Shown: positions 1 to 6,751 of the stretch, in pieces
How the letters are laid out: each line of letters opens with the position of its first letter
How positions within the stretch are numbered: position 1 is the stretch's first letter
IMG/VR virus record: IMGVR_UViG_3300002307_000184
Location: 1 to 27,914 of that record
Origin: a virus
Lineage: Duplodnaviria > Caudoviricetes
Strand: one strand, 5' to 3'
Length of the DNA stretch: 27,914 nucleotides
Made by a program: the position numbers and the translations under genes
Notes under the pieces: generated by a model
Databases searched by the model: none
What the model was told of the DNA's origin: nothing
What the model saw: only the letters and a program-made list of their open reading frames with translations

Positions 1-168
1 GGAGCCGGAGCCGGAGCCGGAGCCGTAGCCGTCGCCGGAGCCGTCGCCGGAGCCGTAGCCGTAGCCGGAGCCGGAGCCGGAGCCGTAGCCGTCGCCGTAG
101 CCGTCGCCGTAGCCGGAGCCGGAGCCGGAGCCGTCGCCGTCGCCGTCGCCGGAGCCGGAGCCGTAGCC
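1..168. repeat. Hexamer tandem array (GGAGCC/GTAGCC/GTCGCC), 28 units
   Basis: Read directly; encodes Gly-Ser, Gly-Tyr and Gly-Asp dipeptides on the minus strand. Confidence 0.95.
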
Positions 169-225
169 GGAGGTATCCTTGGCGGGGTCGTAAGTGTCAG
201 TCGGATCGAGGCGGGTTACGACCAC
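1..225 (-). CDS. Gly-X (GS/GY/GD) repeat protein, runs off window edge
   Basis: GTG at 225 with GGAGG upstream, overlapping the end of the 216-596 gene; reads MVVTRLDPTDTYDPAKDTSGYGSGSGDGDGDG... with no stop before position 1. Not in the ORF track. Confidence 0.8.
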   Translation of the reverse strand, partial: MVVTRLDPTDTYDPAKDTSGYGSGSGDGDGDGSGSGSGYGDGYGDGYGSGSGSGYGYGSGDGSGDGYGSGSGSGS

Positions 226-596
226 TTTGCTGCCTCCAGCGTCTTGACCGCGTCGGGGGTGCAATCGATGATGGCGCACGCGCCGATGACGATCACCGAT
301 GAGGCCGTGGTCGAGAATTTGCCAACCGAAACGCCGTGCGTGGCGCAGTCGAGCAACGTGCCGCCCTTGAGCGCGGTCCACGACCACATCTGGCGGGCGT
401 TCTTGAGATATACTGTGCTGCCCTCGAAATGGTCGAGGTAGCCGAACTGCACGCCCGCGTCGCGGCTGCGGACGATCACGGGGCGGTTAGCGCCGTCGGT
501 GGTGCTGGGCGCGGGGGCCGCAATCGGCGTTCCGCAAAACTGCGCCGCCAGTTCGCGGGCCTGCTTGATGGTCAGATCGTCGGTGTTGATAATCAT
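216..596 (-). CDS. Phage protein, DUF6948-like
   Basis: Motif VIVRSRDAGVQFGYL...VYLKNARQMWSW resembles the phage family commonly found just upstream of Gly-X repeat genes; RBS AAGGAAACC. Confidence 0.75.
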   Translation of the reverse strand: MIINTDDLTIKQARELAAQFCGTPIAAPAPSTTDGANRPVIVRSRDAGVQFGYLDHFEGSTVYLKNARQMWSWTALKGGTLLDCATHGVSVGKFSTTASSVIVIGACAIIDCTPDAVKTLEAAKWS

Positions 597-622
597 CAGT
601 TGGTTTCCTTGGTTGATGTTGT

Positions 623-653
623 CCCCGCCCCCGTAGGAGCGGGAGGGGTTAGG
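623..653 (-). repeat. 31-bp direct repeat D, copy 1 (hairpin with UACG tetraloop)
   Basis: Identical to 1075-1105; minus strand CCTAACCCCTCCCGCTCC-TACG-GGGGCGGGG. Confidence 0.95.
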
Positions 654-1040
654 TCAGGGCTCGTAAGGGGCGCTGAAGTCGCGACCGTCATCGCGGCCCT
701 CGCGTGCGCTTTGTTCGCGTTCCATCGCCTGCTCGAACAAGTAAGCGTTCATGCCTTCGTCAGAGTTGAGCAGGGGCACGAGCCACAAAGGGGCGAGGTA
801 AGGGGCCGGACCGCCTTTTTGAATTAGGTCGTCGTTCCGATACATGAGCGCGTCCTCAATGTAGACCGTGCCGCCTTCCGCCGGATAACAGTCTTCGGGC
901 GGACCAGACAATTTCGCTTCGACGTATGGCTCGACCGAGTATTTGATGACGACGATCATCGGGCGCTTTATCTCGACATCCCCGCTGTTCCCGATTGTCA
1001 GGAACATTTTGACTATTGCGGTGTGCATTTCAGTGTTCAT
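654..1040 (-). CDS. Hypothetical phage protein (SGPPEDCYPAEGG motif)
   Basis: 128 aa ORF with RBS AGGAGG; lies between the two D repeats. Confidence 0.8.
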   Translation of the reverse strand: MNTEMHTAIVKMFLTIGNSGDVEIKRPMIVVIKYSVEPYVEAKLSGPPEDCYPAEGGTVYIEDALMYRNDDLIQKGGPAPYLAPLWLVPLLNSDEGMNAYLFEQAMEREQSAREGRDDGRDFSAPYEP

Positions 1041-1074
1041 CTATCCCTCCTAGGTGATCGCTATGGTTGAAAGG

Positions 1075-1105
1075 CCCCGCCCCCGTAGGAGCGGGAGGGG
1101 TTAGG
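1075..1105 (-). repeat. 31-bp direct repeat D, copy 2
   Basis: Identical to 623-653; includes the TAA of the 1101-1241 gene. Confidence 0.95.
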
Positions 1106-1241
1106 CGGCGAGCAGGATGCGCACCAGCCGACAGGCCAGCGCGTAGTCGTCGGCGTTCCATGCCGAGCGCCCGGCCGCGCGCATCTGGCGGTTGGCGGCG
1201 TCCTGCGCGGCGGACATGGCGATGGCGTAGGTGAGGGACAT
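1101..1241 (-). CDS. Small hypothetical protein, 46 aa
   Basis: MSLTYAIAMSAAQDAANRQMRAAGRSAWNADDYALACRLVRILLAA; RBS AAAGGAACCAACCAA-ATG; directly downstream of a strong promoter. Below the ORF track cutoff. Confidence 0.8.
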   Translation of the reverse strand: MSLTYAIAMSAAQDAANRQMRAAGRSAWNADDYALACRLVRILLAA

Positions 1242-1270
1242 TTGGTTGGTTCCTTTCAGTTGATGACGTA

Positions 1271-1299
1271 CTTATAGCACCGCTATGACACCATGTCAA
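1271..1299 (-). promoter_or_regulatory. Sigma70-type promoter
   Basis: TTGACA-N17-TATAAG on the minus strand, intergenic; a TGACA-N3-TGTCA palindrome overlaps the -35. Confidence 0.75.
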
Positions 1300-1310
1300 T
1301 CCGCGAAAGG

Positions 1311-1697
1311 CTATTTCTTGCGCCCGCCGAGGATCAGGTCGTCGGCGTCGAGGAGCGCCTGGGCCATGACGCCGCTGCGCAGGGCTGAGCGCACTTCCAT
1401 TTCGTGGCCGGCGGCCTCGCGGTCGAGGTCGTCGATGTGAGCGCGCCAGGCGGCGAGTTTGGCACGGCGGGCGGTGATGCTGTCGAGGAGCGCGAAGCGG
1501 TGGTCCTGCAGCGCTTCATGGTGCCCGCGCAATTTGGTCACCGCGCCGGAGATCTTGTGGCGCTCGGCGTCCTGATCGGCTTCAGCCGCCGCGATCGCCT
1601 CGGGCATATCGTCCTCGGCCGGCAGGTCGAGGGCGGTTTCGAGGGCGCCGGCGAGCTCGTCGTCCAGCTTGGTGGTGTTGGGGATTCCGGTGGGCAT
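1311..1697 (-). CDS. Hypothetical helical/coiled-coil protein
   Basis: 128 aa, RBS AAAGGAAAACC, codon usage matches neighbouring genes. Confidence 0.75.
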   Translation of the reverse strand: MPTGIPNTTKLDDELAGALETALDLPAEDDMPEAIAAAEADQDAERHKISGAVTKLRGHHEALQDHRFALLDSITARRAKLAAWRAHIDDLDREAAGHEMEVRSALRSGVMAQALLDADDLILGGRKK

Positions 1698-1719
1698 GAG
1701 GTTTTCCTTTGCGGTGATT

Positions 1720-1797
1720 TCAGATGGCAGCGAGGATGATGGCGAGGAGGACCAGAAAGGTCATTGCCAAGGCGATATCGTGCGTGCGGTCGATCAT
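1720..1797 (-). CDS. Membrane micropeptide, 25 aa
   Basis: MIDRTHDIALAMTFLVLLAIILAAI; ATGA overlap with the stop of the upstream gene. Confidence 0.6.
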   Translation of the reverse strand: MIDRTHDIALAMTFLVLLAIILAAI

Positions 1798-1958
1798 GCT
1801 TCAATGGCTTTCATCAGGTTGTCCTCGGCATCGGCCAGGCGCTGGAGGGCGGCCCGGGCGCCGGGGTGGTTGGGTGGCAGGGCGAGAAAAGCGCGGCGGG
1901 CCGCCGCCCATTCCTCGGCGGCGTAGGAAAGAGCGCTGTCCTGGTACGTGCGCCTCAT
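1794..1958 (-). CDS. Small hypothetical protein, 54 aa
   Basis: MRRTYQDSALSYAAEEWAAARRAFLALPPNHPG...; GGGAG RBS and ATGA coupling. This start is preferred over 2099 in the ORF track. Confidence 0.7.
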   Translation of the reverse strand: MRRTYQDSALSYAAEEWAAARRAFLALPPNHPGARAALQRLADAEDNLMKAIEA

Positions 1959-2059
1959 GGCAGGACTCCCGTGCTGTAGGCGATGATGGCGACGAGCACG
2001 CCGAGGACGAACCCCAGGGCGATCGCGGCGAGGATGGTATCGCGCAGGGCGGGGCTCAT
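1955..2059 (-). CDS. Membrane micropeptide, 34 aa
   Basis: MSPALRDTILAAIALGFVLGVLVAIIAYSTGVLP; ATGA overlaps at both ends. Confidence 0.65.
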   Translation of the reverse strand: MSPALRDTILAAIALGFVLGVLVAIIAYSTGVLP

Positions 2060-2589
2060 CTGGCGATCCGATAGGCGATGATATCGCCGGGGTGGTCATT
2101 GTGCGTCCAGGTCCAGTCGCTAGCCTTGTAGCATTTACCGAGGTCGAGGGCCTTGGAAGACGCTATCTCGATGCCGGCGCGCAGGCGGATGTCGACCGGC
2201 GTATCGCCGGGCACCGGGCATTCGCCGCCGTGCCATTCGATCCAGCCGTCGGCGTCGGGCTCTGAGGCCGGCTCTGGCGGGACGGCTTGGGTGATCCGGA
2301 ATGCGACAAGATCGCTGGCCCAGTTCAGGTGGTGCCAGCGAAAAGCCTTGGCCGGTCTGGTCACAATGACGTCACTGCGCAGACGGGCGGTTATCGTCCA
2401 GTCCGACGGAATTGGGCATACACCGCTGCCGCCGGGCCATTCGATCCAGCCGTCGGCGTCGGGTTCTGGGGCGGCGTCGGGCGTATTGGCGAGGCGCACC
2501 GGCGGATCGGGAAGGGGGTGGGCGCGCTCGAGGGCGCTGGCGATGCGCTCGAGCAGGGCGAGGAGGGCGGTTTGGGTGGCGAGGGTCAT
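2056..2589 (-). CDS. Phage protein with two tandem DGWIEWxGGxCP domains
   Basis: Internal duplication EPDADGWIEW-GG-CP-P-D...RLR...W-H...D-(V/I)A(F/Y)RI. Confidence 0.8.
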   Translation of the reverse strand: MTLATQTALLALLERIASALERAHPLPDPPVRLANTPDAAPEPDADGWIEWPGGSGVCPIPSDWTITARLRSDVIVTRPAKAFRWHHLNWASDLVAFRITQAVPPEPASEPDADGWIEWHGGECPVPGDTPVDIRLRAGIEIASSKALDLGKCYKASDWTWTHNDHPGDIIAYRIAR

Positions 2590-2987
2590 GCTTTGGTGCC
2601 TTTCAGGAACTCACGGGCTTTCTGGGTGAAGGCGACGACGCGCTTGGAAAATTCCGGTTTGTTGACGCCGGGGGCGTCGAGGATCTGGTCGAGCAGCTCG
2701 TTCACGACGCGCCGCTCATCGGGCTGGACGAGCACATAACCCGGATGGCCGTGGGACTTGCGCGACAAGACCTCGTAAGGCTCGGCAAGGGCGAGAATGT
2801 CGGGCTCCAGCGTGGCGAATCGGGCCAACCATCGGTTCTGTTGCAGCGCTTTGTCGACGTACCCTTTGCGAACGTAGCTGGCGTGGGATTCGATGATGAA
2901 CTCGGCGTGCACCTGCAGCATGTCCTGCAGCAGCTTGCCGCCCTCGGCTACCAAGGCGGACATGATGTATTCGGGTTTGGCGGTCAT
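2586..2987 (-). CDS. Hypothetical protein
   Basis: 133 aa, ATGA-coupled to both neighbours. Confidence 0.75.
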   Translation of the reverse strand: MTAKPEYIMSALVAEGGKLLQDMLQVHAEFIIESHASYVRKGYVDKALQQNRWLARFATLEPDILALAEPYEVLSRKSHGHPGYVLVQPDERRVVNELLDQILDAPGVNKPEFSKRVVAFTQKAREFLKGTKA

Positions 2988-3532
2988 GGTTTGGCCTCTG
3001 CGGCGGGTTTGCGGCGCCGGGTGCGGGCCGGGCGGAAGGCGGGGTCGATCTTGTTACGCGCAAAATCGTTGGCGAGATCGGTGCGGACGCGCTGCAGCAA
3101 GGTGGCGGAGCGCGGGTCGTCGGGGTCGTTGTAGACCTTGAGCAAGTCCGGATGGGCAGCGATGTGCTCGCGCGCTAGCCGGGTCAGGCGGTTATAGCGG
3201 CGCTGGTAGACGTTGGCCGGTTTGCGGCTCAAGTCGGGCAGCTCCTCGGCCAAGTTGGTCCATTTCAGGTTGGTCATGTCGCCGTCGTTGAAATGGATGC
3301 GGCCCTCTGGCCAAACGCCGGTCACGTAGAACCAGATCAGCTGGGCGGCGGTGTAGGATTTGCCTTGAATGCCGACAAGAACCATGCCAGTGTGCGACAC
3401 AGCGCCGGCCTCATCGCCGGCCTTGGCCAGCCGCGATCGATTGACGCGCCAGGTCAGCAAGCCCGAGCGCTTGTCATAGTTGAGAAGCGTAACCAAGGCT
3501 TCATGGGTCACTGTCCCGGCCCCTTTTCTCAT
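2984..3532 (-). CDS. HNH endonuclease-like protein, apparently degenerate
   Basis: LLNYDKRSGLLTWR...AGDEAG...GKSYTAAQLIWFYVTGVWPEGRIHFNDGDMTNLKWTNL follows the phage HNH pattern, but the usual AHRL and DHING residues are substituted. Confidence 0.75.
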   Translation of the reverse strand: MRKGAGTVTHEALVTLLNYDKRSGLLTWRVNRSRLAKAGDEAGAVSHTGMVLVGIQGKSYTAAQLIWFYVTGVWPEGRIHFNDGDMTNLKWTNLAEELPDLSRKPANVYQRRYNRLTRLAREHIAAHPDLLKVYNDPDDPRSATLLQRVRTDLANDFARNKIDPAFRPARTRRRKPAAEAKP

Positions 3533-3981
3533 CAGTCAATCCTCTCGCTGCGTATAGGTGCGCCAACTACGTGTGGTTTAGGTCAGCCTCTTACGTAGCA
3601 TCGCGTCACCTTGTCGTCAAGGTGACTTTTTTGCTTTTTCGAGGTCGAAAGTCAGCGGTCCGTCAAAGTGACTAGAGGTAGCGTCAGACGGTGCCTTGTA
3701 TGGCACGTAGTCGGCGATACTAGTTGGTAGTGCGTCACCGCGCCCAAAAACCGCCGGTGCGCCGGGCATCGGCGGGAATCGGTTTTTGGCAAGGTAACTT
3801 ATATTCATATAGTAGTGCTTTATCTCTAGAAAGTGTGTCTTACAGTAGGTCATACTATAAGTCTCTCCTATAGAGGACAAGAGCCTACTAGTTGAATAGC
3901 AGTCACTACAGGATTTTGGGTCGTCACCGCCGCGACGGCGTGGGCGCGGTGAAAAGGACCGCGCCGACGCCTTTTTTTGGT
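3533..3981. other. Non-coding control region, possible replication origin
   Basis: AT-rich core near 3795-3915, inverted repeat 3744-3789, recurring CGTCA motif, no convincing ORF. Confidence 0.45.
3592..3620 (-). promoter_or_regulatory. Candidate sigma70-type promoter within an operator-like inverted repeat
   Basis: TTGACG-N17-TACGTA; the -35 lies inside GTCACCTTG-N4-CAAGGTGAC (3605-3626). Confidence 0.55.
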
Positions 3982-4236
3982 CTAGTCGTCGAAGGCTGGG
4001 CAGAGGCAATTGTCGTCGTCCAGCGGCTCGATGTCGTCGGTTGCGTCGAGCAGCTGGGCGAGGACTTCCGCGGCGGCCAGGGCGGTGGTGCGCGAGCGAT
4101 CGGTTTGCAGGCGGTGCGCCAGGGCCCTGGCGCGGCGCGCCAGCGGCGAAGAGCGCGGCAAGGCATGCTGGAGCGACAAAAGCAGGCCGGCCGTGCCAGC
4201 GGTCAAATTTGGGGACTTCTCGGCATGGATGGACAT
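3982..4236 (-). CDS. Hypothetical protein, 84 aa
   Basis: Start at 4236 (MSIHAEKSP...) follows AAAGGAACCGAAACCAA, the shared early RBS motif; the longer ORF-track start overlaps the upstream gene. Confidence 0.7.
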   Translation of the reverse strand: MSIHAEKSPNLTAGTAGLLLSLQHALPRSSPLARRARALAHRLQTDRSRTTALAAAEVLAQLLDATDDIEPLDDDNCLCPAFDD

Positions 4237-4287
4237 TTGGTTTCGGTTCCTTTCGTTCGGGGTTCTCGGCATTGAGCGCCGATCAAA

Positions 4288-4332
4288 GGCGAAGCGCAGT
4301 TGAAGGCGCTTCGCCCGGTAGGGGATCAGGCG
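4288..4332 (-). repeat. Repeat C, copy 2 (stop codon plus 10-bp hairpin)
   Basis: GGCGAAGCGC-loop-GCGCTTCGCC-CGGTAGGGGATCAGGCG; matches 5069-5114 except in the loop. Confidence 0.95.
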
Positions 4333-4967
4333 GTCGGTGCTGGCGTGGCCATCCAATCGGGCATGGCGGTTTGCCCCGCGTTGCCGACAACGCTCCAGCG
4401 CATTGGCATCAGGATGCCAAACACCGCGTCACTGGCGGCGAATTTGATTAGCGAAGGGCCCTCGGCGCTGTTTGTGGCGATCGATATGCACGTGCCGGCG
4501 CCCGTCCGGCTATCGGACAAAATGCGCGCGACGTTGTAAAAGTCGGAGAGCAGTGCGGAATCGAAAGCGGCGAAGGCCGGCGCGTCGATTTTGGGCAGCA
4601 CACGGCGCCAATCGGGGAACGTGCCATCGACCAGCCAATCCTTTACCGGGTGGATCTGGTCGCCATCGGCGCGCGTTACCCATGCCGCCGATTTCGGATC
4701 GGTCGACGTGACGCGGCGCGGCAGAACTTCGCGGCGATCCGCCTTGCACGCGGCCAATGCCGCCTTGTCGAGCGAAACGATATAGCGGCCATCGCTCGAG
4801 CCGTCCGGGTCGTGCGCGACGAGGGCGCGGTGACCATCGGTCGCGACCATGATCGCGCCGCCCATTGGGCAGGGTTCGATATGGACGCCGGCCAGGTAAT
4901 AGCGTGTCGCTTCGGTCGACTGGAACAAGGCCACGGCGCGAAACAGATCGGCATTGACGTTGAACAT
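4326..4967 (-). CDS. Truncated DNA polymerase III beta-clamp (DnaN) homologue
   Basis: Motifs TRYYLAGV, MVATDGHR, DGTFPDWRRVLP and C-terminal GILMPMR are DnaN domain II-III signatures; only 213 aa. Confidence 0.8.
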   Translation of the reverse strand: MFNVNADLFRAVALFQSTEATRYYLAGVHIEPCPMGGAIMVATDGHRALVAHDPDGSSDGRYIVSLDKAALAACKADRREVLPRRVTSTDPKSAAWVTRADGDQIHPVKDWLVDGTFPDWRRVLPKIDAPAFAAFDSALLSDFYNVARILSDSRTGAGTCISIATNSAEGPSLIKFAASDAVFGILMPMRWSVVGNAGQTAMPDWMATPAPTA

Positions 4968-4968
4968 T

Positions 4969-5055
4969 TTTGGTTTCCTTTTAGGGTTTCAAGCGGAAAG
5001 CGCTTGCGCCTGGCCGCCGCAAGAGCGCGCGGCGGCCAATCGTAAGAGCTCTAGC
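4969..5055 (-). repeat. Repeat B, copy 2 (structured leader plus RBS)
   Basis: 87 bp; matches 5618-5707 with 2 substitutions and a 3-bp indel. Confidence 0.95.
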
Positions 5056-5068
5056 GGGCGAGATTGGC

Positions 5069-5114
5069 GGCGAAGCGCGGGCTGAAGGCGCTTCGCCCGG
5101 TAGGGGATCAGGCG
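5069..5114 (-). repeat. Repeat C, copy 1
   Basis: Matches 4288-4332; contains GCC TGA, the end of the 5108-5611 gene. Confidence 0.95.
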
Positions 5115-5611
5115 AGCAGTTCGGACGCGTAGCCGGAGAAATAGCGGCCGCGAACGCAACCCATCAGGTCGGCATAGTCGTGAAACTCAAATTGACCCCG
5201 GTTGTTGCGGATGTAGGCTAAGCGGCTCGCGTCGTCGTAGCACTGGGCCCAAGTCTCTTCGGCGTCGGCATGCTCGCGTTCGCTATAATCGATGTCGTCG
5301 ACGACGGGGTAGTCGGAAAGCGCGGCGATGATTTCATCGGCCGTCTGCAGGGCTTTGGCGTCGTCCTGATGAATGGCAATCCATTCGATCCAACCGACGG
5401 CCCAGTGACCTTCACTGACGACGTGGATGGTATCAGACTCTCCGCCGAGCTCGCGCAGCATACAAGCGAAATTGGAGCGCTCGAGCGCGTCACTATCGCG
5501 CGACTGGCCGACGCCGGCGGAATAGTAGGCGGGCCAGGTTTCGCCGACATAGTATTCCGGCATGGTCCAGCGGTGAAGATTTTCGGGTTTGTAGGTTACA
5601 AGCTCGAGCAT
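5108..5611 (-). CDS. Hypothetical acidic early phage protein (SRDSDALERSNF / GHWAVGWIE motifs)
   Basis: 167 aa ORF with the shared RBS motif; flanked by repeats B and C. Confidence 0.8.
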   Translation of the reverse strand: MLELVTYKPENLHRWTMPEYYVGETWPAYYSAGVGQSRDSDALERSNFACMLRELGGESDTIHVVSEGHWAVGWIEWIAIHQDDAKALQTADEIIAALSDYPVVDDIDYSEREHADAEETWAQCYDDASRLAYIRNNRGQFEFHDYADLMGCVRGRYFSGYASELLA

Positions 5612-5617
5612 TTGGGG

Positions 5618-5707
5618 TTTGGTTTCCTTTTAGGGTTTCAAGCGGAAAGCGCTTGCGCATGGCCGCCGCCGCAAGTGCGCGCGGCGGCCAATCGTAAGAG
5701 CTCTAGC
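5618..5707 (-). repeat. Repeat B, copy 1
   Basis: 90 bp; matches 4969-5055; begins at the TAG of the 5703-5924 gene. Confidence 0.95.
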
Positions 5708-5924
5708 CGTCAATGCCGCGCATGGCGCCAAGAATGCTTGATATTGAATAAGGTGCGCCGTCAGGTGTCTTTGCCGGCAGGTGACGCAGCATTACCTTGG
5801 CCGCATGGCGTCGGGTGAAGTCGGCGCAGAAATTGCGCGCCATGTGATAAATCGTTTCGTCGTTGTTGATCCACAGTGACACGTTCCAGTGATTCCAGTT
5901 TTTGTGACCTTGATACTTAGGCAT
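5703..5924 (-). CDS. Small phage protein (YQGHKNWNHWNVSLWINNDE motif, DUF7249-like)
   Basis: 73 aa from the ATG at 5924 after GGAGAAACCAA; family name recalled, not verified. Confidence 0.75.
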   Translation of the reverse strand: MPKYQGHKNWNHWNVSLWINNDETIYHMARNFCADFTRRHAAKVMLRHLPAKTPDGAPYSISSILGAMRGIDG

Positions 5925-5971
5925 TTGGTTTCTCCATCCAGGTTGTTGAAGGCTTGAAGGCAGCTCTAGTG

Positions 5972-5997
5972 AAGCCGCGCCAATGCCGGCGCGGCTT
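5972..5997. repeat. Intergenic hairpin A, copy 2
   Basis: AAGCCGCGCC-N6-GGCGCGGCTT; same stem core as 6304-6324. Confidence 0.8.
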
Positions 5998-6009
5998 GGC
6001 TCGAGGCGC

Positions 6010-6267
6010 TTACATGCCGATAAGGAACGGCGCGTGTTTGGCACAGTTTGGGCAATACTCGGGGTCTAGCGTCATTCCGATTTGGTAGAGCGCTTCGCGC
6101 GTAGCGGCACGCTTCCAGTCGAGTCCGTTGAAGGCCAGGCTATAGGCCAGGCGGTTAAGCGTGACGCGAGTAATACGGAAGCCCATTGCGCGATACTTGA
6201 ACGCCGCGAAGCGAAGCTCTTTAGCGTGATCGCGGTAAATCGCGGTAACTTTGTCAGTCCAGTTCAT
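6010..6267 (-). CDS. Hypothetical protein with C-terminal CxxC
   Basis: 85 aa, RBS GGAGAAACCAA-ATG. Confidence 0.75.
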   Translation of the reverse strand: MNWTDKVTAIYRDHAKELRFAAFKYRAMGFRITRVTLNRLAYSLAFNGLDWKRAATREALYQIGMTLDPEYCPNCAKHAPFLIGM

Positions 6268-6303
6268 TTGGTTTCTCCGGTTAGATTAGGGGCAGTTCAG
6301 TGA

Positions 6304-6324
6304 AAGCCGCGACAAGCGCGGCTT
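6304..6324. repeat. Intergenic hairpin A, copy 1
   Basis: AAGCCGCG-N5-CGCGGCTT. Confidence 0.8.
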
Positions 6325-6335
6325 GGGCTAAATTG

Positions 6336-6560
6336 TCATAGGCTAGAGATGATTTGCGTAATATAAGCCTTGTCGCCGTCAATCTTGCGTGCCTTGGCAA
6401 GAGTATCAAGCGCGGCCTTTGCGTCGGCGCTGTTGTTGAAGGTGTCTGCGTAAGATTTGGCGTTGGTCCACCCGGCACCCGTGCCGGGATTGTGTGTTGA
6501 CCAAAATTGATTCTCGAAGCGGCCGGGGCGGGCAGATATTGAGCGAGCGAGGTAGAACAT
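6336..6560 (-). CDS. Hypothetical protein, first gene of the leftward unit
   Basis: 74 aa, RBS AAAAGGAAACCAA-ATG. Confidence 0.75.
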   Translation of the reverse strand: MFYLARSISARPGRFENQFWSTHNPGTGAGWTNAKSYADTFNNSADAKAALDTLAKARKIDGDKAYITQIISSL

Positions 6561-6589
6561 TTGGTTTCCTTTTCGTTTGTCTATGTCTC

Positions 6590-6618
6590 ACCATTTCATG
6601 GCGTCGAAACGGTGTCAA
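6590..6618 (-). promoter_or_regulatory. Possible promoter for the leftward early operon
   Basis: Perfect TTGACA at 6613-6618; weak -10 (AATGGT) at 17-bp spacing. Confidence 0.35.
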
Positions 6619-6751
6619 CAGGGAAAAGGCACAGGCTAAAACTATTTTGCGTGCCGCTAGACGCAAGGCGAATGCCAGCGATTGCAATGCGTAGCGCTGG
6701 CGTGATAAGTCGAGGGAACGGCACGGTTTAGGCCATGTGTGAGGTAGCGGT

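Noticed and set aside
623-1105. Integron attC sites (repeat D starts with RYYTAAC)
   Set aside because: No matching GTTRRRY end, the hairpin is too short, and no integron integrase is in the window.
3617-4009. 130-aa minus-strand ORF across the AT-rich region
   Set aside because: Overlaps the neighbouring gene, has atypical codons and no RBS; more likely non-coding.
6685-6713. Promoter for terS (TTGCAA...GATAAG)
   Set aside because: The -10 match and spacing are too weak to call.
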